A DNA stretch of 64,000 nt, from positions 354-64,353 of the forward strand of contig DKEW01000015.1 of the NCBI GenBank assembly GCA_002452265.1. The letters run 5' to 3'. This DNA is from Pelobacter sp. UBA6812. GTDB taxonomy: Bacteria > Desulfobacterota > Desulfuromonadia > Desulfuromonadales > Syntrophotaleaceae. Shown piece by piece: positions 32,921 to 42,504 of this stretch; position 1 is the first letter of the stretch, and the number at the start of each line of letters is the position of its first letter. A model generated the notes under the pieces. It was given only the letters and a program-made list of their open reading frames with translations. It was not told the origin of the DNA and made no database searches. The position numbers were made by a program, and so were the translations under genes.

Positions 32921-34870
32921 CTACCAATCCTGATCGGGATTTCTTTTCAAAACAAGGTTAATGCTATTAATGCCCTGGGAGGAATTTTCATCGACATGAA
33001 TACCTGTCATGCCACCATTGTGAAATTCAGGGACTAACTCCTTGAGAAGAGCAACGACCCGATCAACATCAGTTTGGCGTGTTGCTTGGAGCAACAGGTC
33101 TGTTTCATCTTTCAACCACTCGCTGGAGAAGTTAGCTGCCTCAAAAATCCGTATCTTTTCATGGCGCGTCGCCTTTACACCTTCTCCGGAAATCAGCAAT
33201 TCCTCGTACAGCTTCTCACCGGGCCTCAATCCCGTAAAAACGATCTCAATCTCCTCGTAAGGTTTTCGTCCGGATAAGCGAATCATTTCCTCTGCCAGAC
33301 ACACTATTTTTACGGGATCGCCCATATCCAAAAGAAAAATTTCACCGCCCTGCCCCATGGATCCAGCCTGCAAAACAAGTTGCACAGCTTCAGGAATCGT
33401 CATGAAAAAACGGGTAATTTCAGGATGGGTAACCGTCACCGGCCCCCCCTTGAGAATCTGCTGACGAAAAATCGGAATCACGCTGCCATGGCTGCCAAGC
33501 ACATTCCCAAACCGCACCGTGACGGCTTTGGTGCCACCGTTACGTGGTAGATTCTGAACATAGAGCTCAGCCACACGTTTCGTAGCCCCCATGATATTTG
33601 TCGGATTAACCGCTTTATCTGTTGAAATCTGCACAAAATGCTCAACCGAACATGCGAAACTGGCATCTACAATATTTTTGGTGCCAAACACATTATTTTT
33701 AACCACTTCGATGGGATTGACTTCCGACATGGGAACATGCTTGTAAGCCGCTGCGTGAAATACGACCTGTGGTTTATACTCGGAAAAAACCTGGGTGACC
33801 CGCGCAACATCCCGGATATCACTGAGACTGGGCGATATGGACAGGTGTGGAAACTTTTCTCGTAATTCATTTTCGATATGAAACAGAGGCGTCTCGGCGT
33901 GTTCAAACAACACGAGATGGGAAGGGTTGAATTTAGCAACCTGACGGCAGATTTCACTACCGATGCTGCCGGCAGCTCCGGTTATAAGGATGCGTTTGCC
34001 ATGCAGATAAGCACTGATTTCATGAACCTCAAGGCGTATCGGAGCACGACCGAGGAGATCCTCAATTTGGACTGAACGACATTGTTCCATGGAAACACGT
34101 CCATCGATAATGTCGCCGAGAGCCGGCAAAATTTTTGATGTGATGCCGTGCCGCTTACAAAAGGTTACGATATCGCGCAATTCCCGAGGCGTTACGGATG
34201 ATTGTGCAACAATGACCAGATCGATTCCATTGCGCGAACAAAGCTTTTCGAGATCATCATGCGTACCGATGACCGGCACCCCGTAAAATACTTTGCCCTG
34301 TCGTCGCAAATCGTTGTCAACATAGCCAAGCACGGCTTTGTCCAGTTTGGGATTTTCACGAATTTCCCGCACAATGGACTGGGCTACAACCCCGGAACCA
34401 ACAATTAAAACCGATTTGGGCTTGGAGTGGTAACCTTTGTGATTAAGCGCCAAATGTTCGCGAAGTATGCGGGTTACCACCCGCACACCGATCATGATGG
34501 AAAAACATAGAATAAAATCAAGAACAATAACGGAACGAGGCAGACCTTCAAAAGAATGGAAGAAGACCACGTACAAAACCACCGTTACTGATGCAAGAGC
34601 ATTGGCCTTGAAAATCTGCATCAGATCGGGAATGGAAACATAACGCCACCATCCTTCTGATAATCCCATTGCCCAGAAAACGGTAATTTTGAGAACGACG
34701 ACAGCCGGCAACAACTCAAAAATGGTGGGCCAGTAATTAGCTGGAATAGTAAGATCAAAACGCAGGGCAAAAGCATCAACCAGAGAAAAAATGATTGCTA
34801 CCAGATGGAAGAACAAAATGAGAACCTTACGTACCCTATTACCGCATAAAGATATAGGAAGGTTCAACAT
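32921..34870 (-). CDS. Membrane-bound UDP-GlcNAc 4,6-dehydratase (CapD/PglF/WbpM family)
   Basis: N-terminal TMs, GAAGSIG, HAAAYKHVP, STDKAV, MGATK, GLRPGEKLYEEL. Confidence 0.95.
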   Translation of the reverse strand: MLNLPISLCGNRVRKVLILFFHLVAIIFSLVDAFALRFDLTIPANYWPTIFELLPAVVVLKITVFWAMGLSEGWWRYVSIPDLMQIFKANALASVTVVLYVVFFHSFEGLPRSVIVLDFILCFSIMIGVRVVTRILREHLALNHKGYHSKPKSVLIVGSGVVAQSIVREIRENPKLDKAVLGYVDNDLRRQGKVFYGVPVIGTHDDLEKLCSRNGIDLVIVAQSSVTPRELRDIVTFCKRHGITSKILPALGDIIDGRVSMEQCRSVQIEDLLGRAPIRLEVHEISAYLHGKRILITGAAGSIGSEICRQVAKFNPSHLVLFEHAETPLFHIENELREKFPHLSISPSLSDIRDVARVTQVFSEYKPQVVFHAAAYKHVPMSEVNPIEVVKNNVFGTKNIVDASFACSVEHFVQISTDKAVNPTNIMGATKRVAELYVQNLPRNGGTKAVTVRFGNVLGSHGSVIPIFRQQILKGGPVTVTHPEITRFFMTIPEAVQLVLQAGSMGQGGEIFLLDMGDPVKIVCLAEEMIRLSGRKPYEEIEIVFTGLRPGEKLYEELLISGEGVKATRHEKIRIFEAANFSSEWLKDETDLLLQATRQTDVDRVVALLKELVPEFHNGGMTGIHVDENSSQGINSINLVLKRNPDQDW

Positions 34871-34996
34871 TACTTACCTCCTGGGATAAATGAACACCCC
34901 TCAAATTACGAGGCGATCCGGAAAACATCGTAAGCATTTAAAAATATGAAAGCTCCCAGCAAAACAACTTATATTTTAAATACTTATGTCTCTATA

Positions 34997-35024
34997 CAGA
35001 TATCACAGGGGAGTCTTTTGTCAA
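34997..35024 (-). promoter_or_regulatory. Candidate internal sigma70 promoter for the dehydratase-export module
   Basis: TTGACA-16 bp-TATCTG with a TG extension, in an AT-rich gap. Confidence 0.35.
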
Positions 35025-35117
35025 ATAAACCACACCATATTCAGAACCGGAAATCAGACTATTCAATCCCTTGGATGTAGAAAAATGATTCAAACTATCG
35101 GCAGGACCCAAAATGGA

Positions 35118-36323
35118 TTAACTGGACGCCCGATCAAAAACCTGCCTGATACGGGCTGCCATGATATGCATATCTTCAACTTTCAGGGTGGGATGCACGA
35201 GAAACATAATCCCCGTCTCATCGAGAAGCATAGCATTGGGCAACCGTTCCGGCGGACCTAATCCTGCATTCTTGAAAGCCTTTTCCAGATAGATTTCCCC
35301 GCAAGTTCCAGTCAGGCCAGGTATGCCTGAATCCTCAAGGGCTCGCAATATACGCGAACGGTTCCACCCCGGTAACAGATACTCATGCCGCAAAAACGCA
35401 TAGTACTTGTAATAAGCATGCTCCAAATAGGATGGAGGTTCGGTAATGCGCAGAGCAGGGATATCCCGCAAAGCCTCTGATAATATTCCGGCGTTGCGTT
35501 TTCGAACATGAAGCCAGCCATCCAATTTCTTCAAAGCCCTACAACCCAAGACTGCCTGCATCTCGGTCATGCGCCAATTGGTTCCGAAAGATTCATGCAA
35601 CCATTGAAAACCAGGACCTTTATCCCTGTGATAAACAACCTCATAACTCTTACCATGATCCTTGTACGCCCAGGAGGTTTCCCAAAGAGACTTATCGTTG
35701 GTGATGAGCATCCCACCCTCCCCTCCGGTCGTCATGATTTTATCCTGACAGAAGGAAAAGGCTCCCATATCGCCGATACACCCCACGGGTTGTCCCTTGT
35801 ATGTTGCCCCATGGGCCTGGGCGCAATCCTCAATTACTTTCAAACCGTTTTTCCGAGCCAGCGACATAATGGCGTCCATTTCGCAAGGCCACCCTGCCAG
35901 ATGGACTGCAATGATCGCACGCGTGCGCGGGGTAAGAACTTTTTCTATGGTAGCAGCGGTTATATTCTGACTGACAGGGTCTACATCAGCCAACACGGGG
36001 GTCGCACCTCGCATCACCACCGCGCTTGCCGAGGCAATAAATGTCCTGCAAGTCGTAATCACTTCATCACCCGGACCAATACCGAGTGCATACAGGGCAA
36101 GCTCAAGCGCTACCGTGCCATTGGCCAACGCAATGGCATAGCGCGTACCGAAACGCTGGGCGAATTCCTTTTCAAACTGCCGTGCAACATCCCCGGTCCA
36201 GTAATTAACTTTCCCGGATCGTAAAACCTCAGTGACCGCAGCGATATCAGCCTCGTCAAATACAGGCCATGGTGACAAAGACCAATGTTCTGGAGCAGGC
36301 CTTCGGGTATTCTGATCAATCAT
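35118..36323 (-). CDS. DegT/DnrJ/EryC1 sugar aminotransferase (PglE-like)
   Basis: NGTVAL, EDCAQAHG, SFCQDKIMTTGGEGG (PLP lysine), GTNWRMTE. Confidence 0.95.
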   Translation of the reverse strand: MIDQNTRRPAPEHWSLSPWPVFDEADIAAVTEVLRSGKVNYWTGDVARQFEKEFAQRFGTRYAIALANGTVALELALYALGIGPGDEVITTCRTFIASASAVVMRGATPVLADVDPVSQNITAATIEKVLTPRTRAIIAVHLAGWPCEMDAIMSLARKNGLKVIEDCAQAHGATYKGQPVGCIGDMGAFSFCQDKIMTTGGEGGMLITNDKSLWETSWAYKDHGKSYEVVYHRDKGPGFQWLHESFGTNWRMTEMQAVLGCRALKKLDGWLHVRKRNAGILSEALRDIPALRITEPPSYLEHAYYKYYAFLRHEYLLPGWNRSRILRALEDSGIPGLTGTCGEIYLEKAFKNAGLGPPERLPNAMLLDETGIMFLVHPTLKVEDMHIMAARIRQVFDRASS

Positions 36324-37092
36324 GCCCCCCCCTGCTTATATCAAACCCTGAACGTTCGCTTATGGTCATTTCTACGGCCACTTCGCCGCGACGTTCAAGG
36401 ATTCGGCAATTCCCCTCATTATTCGGATTGATTTCTCTTTTATAAGGCAAGTTGCCATCTGTATCTTCCGCATCACTACCTCTTTCAAGAGCCAGGTCGG
36501 TTTCTACTACATCCGTATCTGCCGCTACTCCCTTGCGTCTCAAGACGGTTATCACCGTCTTCAGGAGAATCTTCAGATCCAGAACCAAGGACCAGTTTTC
36601 AGCGTACCAGACATCCATGGCCAGTCTCTTGCTCCATGGCAGGTAGTTGCGTCCATGAATCTGGGCCCATCCGGTCAAGCCGGGTTTAACTGTATGCCGA
36701 AGTCGCTCATGCTGGCGATACCATGGCAAATAATGGGTTAAAAGGGGGCGGGGCCCAACCAGGCTTAAATCTCCCTTAAGCACGTTAATCAATTCGGGTA
36801 ACTCATCGAGGCTGGTATTGCGCAGCATCCGGCCCAGGGGTGTCAATCTCTGACGATCGGGCAACAATTTCCCATCAGCATCTCGTTCCTCAGTCATTGT
36901 GCGAAACTTGTAAAGCGTAATGGGTCTCTCATGTAATCCAGGGCGCACCTGCCGAAATAATACAGGGGACCCCAATCTCCAGCGCACCAGAACGCACAAA
37001 CCGAGCAGGACGGGCGACAACAAAATCAAAGCGGAAACGGTCAACAACAGATCCATTCCCCTTTTTAATAAATTGCTTTGTTTAAGCCCCAT
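36316..37092 (-). CDS. Priming phosphoglycosyl transferase (PglC-like) with C-terminal extension
   Basis: KRGMD, YKFRTM, SLDELPEL, LVGPRP, KPGLTGWAQ; start at ATG 37092 after GGGGGAG. Confidence 0.92.
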   Translation of the reverse strand: MGLKQSNLLKRGMDLLLTVSALILLSPVLLGLCVLVRWRLGSPVLFRQVRPGLHERPITLYKFRTMTEERDADGKLLPDRQRLTPLGRMLRNTSLDELPELINVLKGDLSLVGPRPLLTHYLPWYRQHERLRHTVKPGLTGWAQIHGRNYLPWSKRLAMDVWYAENWSLVLDLKILLKTVITVLRRKGVAADTDVVETDLALERGSDAEDTDGNLPYKREINPNNEGNCRILERRGEVAVEMTISERSGFDISRGGHD

Positions 37093-37106
37093 GCAGTCTC
37101 CCCCTT

Positions 37107-37973
37107 TTATTCGCATCCTGTCATACGATAATACTTGTGCGGCCATCTCATCTTGATAATTTTTTCGGCGCCCGGCATGAACCATACCCTGGAAGGAACC
37201 CGAAGGACTTTAAACCCCATCTGCTCCTTATAATGACAAAGCCCCAGATCTTCCCGTGCGTGCAAACCGTCAATGACTTCGGTAACAGGCCCTTTCCGGT
37301 CTCCCCAATATTTTAAAAAGGCGTATTTCAGTCCTGTACCGATGTGCAATGCAGACTCGGAATTTCCTACGACCAAAGCATCAAAATACGCTGTGTTTTT
37401 CACACAAGTACTGATCATGTAACCACCGAGCCTGCCTTCGACAAAAGCACCAAGTACAGAGACAAAACCGGCATCAAAATACTTCGCCATCTTATGCCGG
37501 TAGGTAGCGCGACTTATGCGCCGGCCATATCCGGGTTGGGCAAGGGAAGACAAGAACAGCGGATACCCTTGGTCCACCAGCAAATCAAAATTATCGACGG
37601 GATGAATATCAACATTTTCGTGGCAGGTCCGCAGTGTATTACGTTTGTTTTGAGACAAGCAGGAGGCATCGAACCCATCCAGTCGATTAAAATAATGCAC
37701 TGGCAAGGTAGCATTCGCAAAGAACGTAGCGGAATCATCGACAGTGGCCCGATATCCCCAGCATAAAAATGACGGTTTGATGATTTCATCAGCGTTTAAC
37801 CGCGCCATCCAGTGGACTGGCTGATAAAACCCCCCATGGCTCGACATCCAGTAGCGACCACGGCGATATACGACGGTAGTACCGTGTTTCATCAACCAAT
37901 CGGCCATTTCACTTTCGGTCGCCACCTCAAGGGCCATGCCGGATAAATCAAAAACCTGTTCCGAGACAATCAT
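37107..37973 (-). CDS. Hypothetical protein, probable GNAT/FemAB-like fold
   Basis: LSQNKRNTLR, GGYMI, IGTGLKY and GLCHYKEQMGF resemble the FemAB/Acetyltransf_6 pattern (R..LR ... L..FK...G); start at ATG 37973. Confidence 0.6.
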   Translation of the reverse strand: MIVSEQVFDLSGMALEVATESEMADWLMKHGTTVVYRRGRYWMSSHGGFYQPVHWMARLNADEIIKPSFLCWGYRATVDDSATFFANATLPVHYFNRLDGFDASCLSQNKRNTLRTCHENVDIHPVDNFDLLVDQGYPLFLSSLAQPGYGRRISRATYRHKMAKYFDAGFVSVLGAFVEGRLGGYMISTCVKNTAYFDALVVGNSESALHIGTGLKYAFLKYWGDRKGPVTEVIDGLHAREDLGLCHYKEQMGFKVLRVPSRVWFMPGAEKIIKMRWPHKYYRMTGCE

Positions 37974-38219
37974 ACATTCTCCCTTCAGGGAGATTATCCC
38001 TTGCCCATGACTGAAGAACCTGCCCGATTTTCCTACGGCTACCACTCAGCAACGAGCTCCGAAAAAAACCACAACAATATCGGCCGGCCATAATAGCCAT
38101 CAGGAAACGTTGTCCTATTACTATGCTTGATATCATTGCTACTAAAATTGTCAAACCGGGACAGGGCCCACTGAAGCTAAAATTACCGGGATAAAAACGT
38201 TGTGCAATACCTCACCTTA

Positions 38220-39302
38220 TTATGATATTTCACTGGTCGTCACACTGTTTTTCATAGCTAATCTATACAAAGGAAAAAAATCATTGGATATCACGGAATC
38301 ACCCATTTGCTTTTGCTTTGCGTTGCATAATGTATTGTAGACAGATGTATCCAGAACGACACGGTAGGTATAAAACGGTGTGAATCTTGACGAAAATCCG
38401 GCCTTGAAGTCGAAGAGGGAATCATGGCGGCTTCCCAGACCACCGCCAAGATGAAACAAATGAAGCCCTTGGTCATGTCCCCATCTCCGCATGAAATCGA
38501 ACATCAGCTTTGATGGAGCCAGTTTCAGGTACTTCTCATGACTACAACCAAGATGGTATTCCATGAACCCGCCTTCCACAGTAAAAAGCCCGGCCGAAGC
38601 CAGTTCACCTTTAGCAGAAAGCACGCTGCAAAGATGAAGATTTGACTTCAAAAAACACCGCAGATCGTCAAAATAAGTTCCCTCGAATTGATAGAAAGGA
38701 TCAGCCCCTATCCTTGTCATCGCTTCACGATAAAGACGGATAAATGTGGGGTAGTCATCCCAATCATCCAAGACGACGGAAAATCCGGCTTTCGCAAGTT
38801 TACGAAGACCTCTGCGATGATTGCTGCAGGTATCCCGAGTCATTTCTTCAAGGGAGCGGAGCAGATTAATGCTGACGGTCTGTCCATGCTGAACAAGATC
38901 CCCGTGATCTGGAAACGCCTGCAGCGGACAAGCAAGAAGTGGGTGTAAGCGTAAAAAGATTGTGACCAATCCCTGACTGCGGGCAACCTCAACCATCTTC
39001 ATCATGAGATTACGGCAGGCCTCGACCCTTTCGGGGTGGGAGAACAGAGGGGACGGAAACCCGTAAGGACTGGTTGCATCACGCATTTCCGTATTCGTTT
39101 TCAGAAAGTGGGGAATTTGGCGCAGCAACAGCGGCACCAACATGGCATCCTGTCCCTCGCGTACATAAAAGGCGCAAGGCTGCCCTCCTTCGAAACGGGA
39201 AGCAAGGGCAGCATACGCAGGTAAATGATACACATCATGGGGGACTTCTTTTAGAAAGTCAGTCCAGCGCCGGTCTGTTGGTTCAAGGAAAACCCCGCTC
39301 AT
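38220..39302 (-). CDS. FemAB/FemX-like GNAT (amino)acyltransferase
   Basis: DATSPYGF, FLRLHP, HRRGLRK, YHLG, LGGG and LFDFKAGF motifs; start at ATG 39302. Confidence 0.8.
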   Translation of the reverse strand: MSGVFLEPTDRRWTDFLKEVPHDVYHLPAYAALASRFEGGQPCAFYVREGQDAMLVPLLLRQIPHFLKTNTEMRDATSPYGFPSPLFSHPERVEACRNLMMKMVEVARSQGLVTIFLRLHPLLACPLQAFPDHGDLVQHGQTVSINLLRSLEEMTRDTCSNHRRGLRKLAKAGFSVVLDDWDDYPTFIRLYREAMTRIGADPFYQFEGTYFDDLRCFLKSNLHLCSVLSAKGELASAGLFTVEGGFMEYHLGCSHEKYLKLAPSKLMFDFMRRWGHDQGLHLFHLGGGLGSRHDSLFDFKAGFSSRFTPFYTYRVVLDTSVYNTLCNAKQKQMGDSVISNDFFPLYRLAMKNSVTTSEIS

Positions 39303-39685
39303 AAAACATCCCGTTGGTTGCAATTTTTATTCAAGATCAGAATCCTATCCCGAATTAAATCTTGAAGGTTCGAGGCGACAAGGGTGCAAAACACCAAGCA
39401 AGGCACATGGATTTGCCCCATAAACATATAAGCAACACGTCGGAACGTAAGCAAACTGCAACCACACCTTAAGATGCTAAGTCATTGACGGTCCCAGTAT
39501 AAATCTTCATGGATAAGTCCGATCAAAAGGCTTACGCCATAAGATAGAGCCCTGAGCCGGCAACAGAAACTTAGAAATGTTTCTTGTGTCCAGGTAAACT
39601 CTTAAAAACTCCAAAGGCCTGCAAACATGAACTCGATACGCAGGTTCTGCAGCATTGCGATTCGTTCCCTGACAGCCGAAGAGTC

Positions 39686-40522
39686 TCAGCGAATCCATGA
39701 CCTGTTTACACGGTTGAATACAGCTTTTCTGTATTTTTCAGGTATGAAAAACCTGGCAAATCGGAATACCTTCTTTTTGATCAGACAAACAACAGGCAAC
39801 AACCGATATAGACGATTCGGGGTCTGGCACTTACCGTCGGGGGAAAACCGCCAACTACCCGTACGGCACAGATAGCGCCTCTGTCTCATACCATGGGCAA
39901 TGATGGAAAGCTGCAAAGTGTCAGATTTTATATCCATGTCGATAAAAGCAATATTGGCTTTACCAAATCGGTCAACCTCATGAATATCAGCCGATACCAA
40001 ATAGGGACCTTTGCTGTTCATACCCTGCAACCAATGAAGAAACTGAAGATTAGGTGCGAACCCACAATCAAATTTAGTGTTCCATAATTCTATAAAGTCG
40101 AAGGGTTCAATTAATTTTTTATTCAACACTCCCTTTATGTTATTGGGATGATGCAATATGGCGAGGCCACCATGACGGTGAATGGCTTCGACCAAAGGAA
40201 GAAGGCCTTGCTCAATAATATTTCGATCCAGCAATAAGGATAGCCCAATGGCGCCAATGTGAATAATAGCTCCTTGATGGACAACCTCGTATTCAATGCC
40301 GGGTACCAGCAATACGTCGCCACTGTGTTTTGAGCATTGCCTGCAATAATCATCGAATTTTTCCTGATCAAAGCCAACGTCATGCTCAGTGAGTAAGACA
40401 AAGTCCAATCGGTTGTTCTTGGCCCACGTCGCAATTTCCGCCAGACAGTTTTTCCCGTCATAGGAAAAATCGGAGTGAATATGATAAATCCCAGTGATGT
40501 GCGACGCGCCTGGATACATCAT
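39686..40522 (-). CDS. PHP-domain metallo-phosphoesterase
   Basis: HIHSDFSYDG, TEHD, GIEY, HHP and SADIH PHP metal ligands. Confidence 0.8.
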   Translation of the reverse strand: MMYPGASHITGIYHIHSDFSYDGKNCLAEIATWAKNNRLDFVLLTEHDVGFDQEKFDDYCRQCSKHSGDVLLVPGIEYEVVHQGAIIHIGAIGLSLLLDRNIIEQGLLPLVEAIHRHGGLAILHHPNNIKGVLNKKLIEPFDFIELWNTKFDCGFAPNLQFLHWLQGMNSKGPYLVSADIHEVDRFGKANIAFIDMDIKSDTLQLSIIAHGMRQRRYLCRTGSWRFSPDGKCQTPNRLYRLLPVVCLIKKKVFRFARFFIPEKYRKAVFNRVNRSWIR

Positions 40523-40586
40523 CTGTCCTTACTCTGCTTCTGGCCTGAATGAAACCATGATTAGAGGTATCAAGGATAAGGAGGAG

Positions 40587-41639
40587 CTAAAAATTTCGAA
40601 CCAGTTTACCCGGGATTCCTGTAGAGATTCCGGTTTCCCTGGTTTTTTCTATAGAATCACCATCGACAAACACATCATCAAAAACCCGGAAAAAATATCC
40701 GCTTTTTACGACCGGTCGAGGGATATCCTCGTTAAAAATAAAATGCCGGATACACATTTCAGGCATATTGAAATTATAGTAGGCACGGGCCGATTCCGTA
40801 CTGGAAAACCTCGCATTGATTTCAAAAAGTACCGGTCCACGATTCGTCAGGCGCAACTGGAGATTCAACGGGCCTATATAGCCAAGCTTTTCGGCGATGC
40901 TTTCACAGTACTGGGTAATCCCCTCGTGAAAGATAACGCTGGCCTTGTTGGTCAGGCCGTGCCCCAGGGTCCGTTTCATGATGATTGACCCCACGGCTTT
41001 GGCCTGGCTGTTACAAAAACATCCGACCGTATACTCCTCATTGTCAGGCAGGAGATACTCCTGGATAATCGGATTTTTGACCTCGCCGACATATTGCTCC
41101 AGCTGCTCTCGATTATGCGCTACCCTCAACTCACGCGACCCCGCCCCAAAACGACCTTTCACGATAAAGGGGTAAGTCTTTTCCTGGAGGAACAGCTCCA
41201 GGGCAGTCCGATCGTCGGGCAGGCATGAGTGCGGATAGTTGAATCCATTCGACTTTAAAAACGAGACCAGCTTCCACTTATCCGCGGCCACTTTGAGAAT
41301 CTCAAAAGGAGGGGCTACCACATACGCGCCCGTTTCTTTCCGAATTTCCTGGGCGTGTTCGGCCAACAACATCATCTCTCCCCGTCCGCCGGTCATGACA
41401 ATATCGATTTTTTCAGCTAGCATGATTTCCTTGAGCCGCGGAAGATACGATTCCGAATCAACGGAAGGAATGACATAGCTGCTACTGGTACGATATAGCC
41501 CGACTGACAGGTAATTGCAGTCGCACGCCACGATATGGGTATCAAGATAGGATTGTTTAAGAGCTTTCCAGATAAAAATTGCCTGATCACCCCCTGCCCC
41601 GGTCAAAAGCACATTGGTTTTTCGTCTGACAATTGACAT
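40587..41639 (-). CDS. ATP-grasp ligase (carbamoyl-phosphate-synthase-like, EPS associated)
   Basis: LLTGAGG, DKW, KGRFGAGS, QEYL..EEYT, NLQ, FEINARFS; start at ATG 41639. Confidence 0.88.
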   Translation of the reverse strand: MSIVRRKTNVLLTGAGGDQAIFIWKALKQSYLDTHIVACDCNYLSVGLYRTSSSYVIPSVDSESYLPRLKEIMLAEKIDIVMTGGRGEMMLLAEHAQEIRKETGAYVVAPPFEILKVAADKWKLVSFLKSNGFNYPHSCLPDDRTALELFLQEKTYPFIVKGRFGAGSRELRVAHNREQLEQYVGEVKNPIIQEYLLPDNEEYTVGCFCNSQAKAVGSIIMKRTLGHGLTNKASVIFHEGITQYCESIAEKLGYIGPLNLQLRLTNRGPVLFEINARFSSTESARAYYNFNMPEMCIRHFIFNEDIPRPVVKSGYFFRVFDDVFVDGDSIEKTRETGISTGIPGKLVRNF

Positions 41640-41694
41640 GAGTCCGCGTCCTTTCTTAAAGAACCCCTTCGGGAAGGGAGAATAAGGTAAATGT

Positions 41695-42300
41695 CTACTC
41701 TCCACCGCCTTTTTGAGAACCTGAAAAATGCTCGGCAAGATTCCCTTCTTTAGTAGTTATACCTTCTCTCCTGATAACTTTGACCACGGTCATCCAGAGG
41801 ATTTTCAGATCCAGACCAAAAGAGCGATGATCAACATACCAGACGTCCAAGGAAAACCTTTCCTCCCAGGTAAGCGTATTCCGACCATTCACCTGAGCCC
41901 AACCCGTTATCCCCGGCCTCACCTCATGGCGTCGTTTCTGCTCTGCGGAATACAGGTCGAGATATTCCATCAGCAACGGTCGCGGACCGACAAGACTCAT
42001 ATCCCCTCGCAATACGTTGATCAGTTGCGGCAATTCGTCGAGACTCAGACTGCGCAAGAACCGTCCTAAGGGTGTCATTCGACTTCGCCCAGGCAATAGC
42101 TTCCCATGGTCGTCATAAGCGGTAAGCATGGTTCTGAATTTTAACAAAGAGAATGGGCGGCCACACAATCCAGGTCGAATATGCCGAAAAAAGACAGGCG
42201 ATCCCATGGTAACCCGGATAACAAGGGCAATAAGCCCAAGAAGGGGCAAAGTAAGGATGAATAGAACTAAAGAAAGCGTCAAATCCAGAAACCTTTTCAT
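41695..42300 (-). CDS. Priming phosphoglycosyl transferase (PglC-like)
   Basis: MKRFLD, KFRTM, SLDELPQL, LVGPRP, RPGITGWAQVNGRN. Confidence 0.95.
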   Translation of the reverse strand: MKRFLDLTLSLVLFILTLPLLGLIALVIRVTMGSPVFFRHIRPGLCGRPFSLLKFRTMLTAYDDHGKLLPGRSRMTPLGRFLRSLSLDELPQLINVLRGDMSLVGPRPLLMEYLDLYSAEQKRRHEVRPGITGWAQVNGRNTLTWEERFSLDVWYVDHRSFGLDLKILWMTVVKVIRREGITTKEGNLAEHFSGSQKGGGE

Positions 42301-42504
42301 ATCGTACCTATGGGTATCTGGTAATAAATTCTCCTATTTCTGCAAACGACTTGTGACTCTAAAGGCTATTTAAGTTTCAAGCGACACCCATAAAAGTGTG
42401 TCAAAAACCCTTATTGAAAAGTGAGGCCCTATCGTGCAGGCCAATCGTTAGAAATTTCTGTCTGAAAAGGCTGAGAATTCAATGGGACTTTGGTATGTTA
42501 CAGC

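Noticed and set aside
13856-36332. Phase variation at G/C homopolymers (G8 in pfk 24100-24107; C8 at the aminotransferase RBS 36325-36332)
   Set aside because: A 9-nt tract also occurs in essential infB (13856-13864), and the tracts encode conserved Gly/Pro or an SD, so they look like background.
39408-39424. Second sigma54 promoter (AATCCATGTGCCTTGCT on the - strand) resembling the one at 54529
   Set aside because: It lacks the invariant -24 GG.
39507-39698. 63-aa ORF after the PHP gene
   Set aside because: No recognisable motif or clear SD; cannot be supported.
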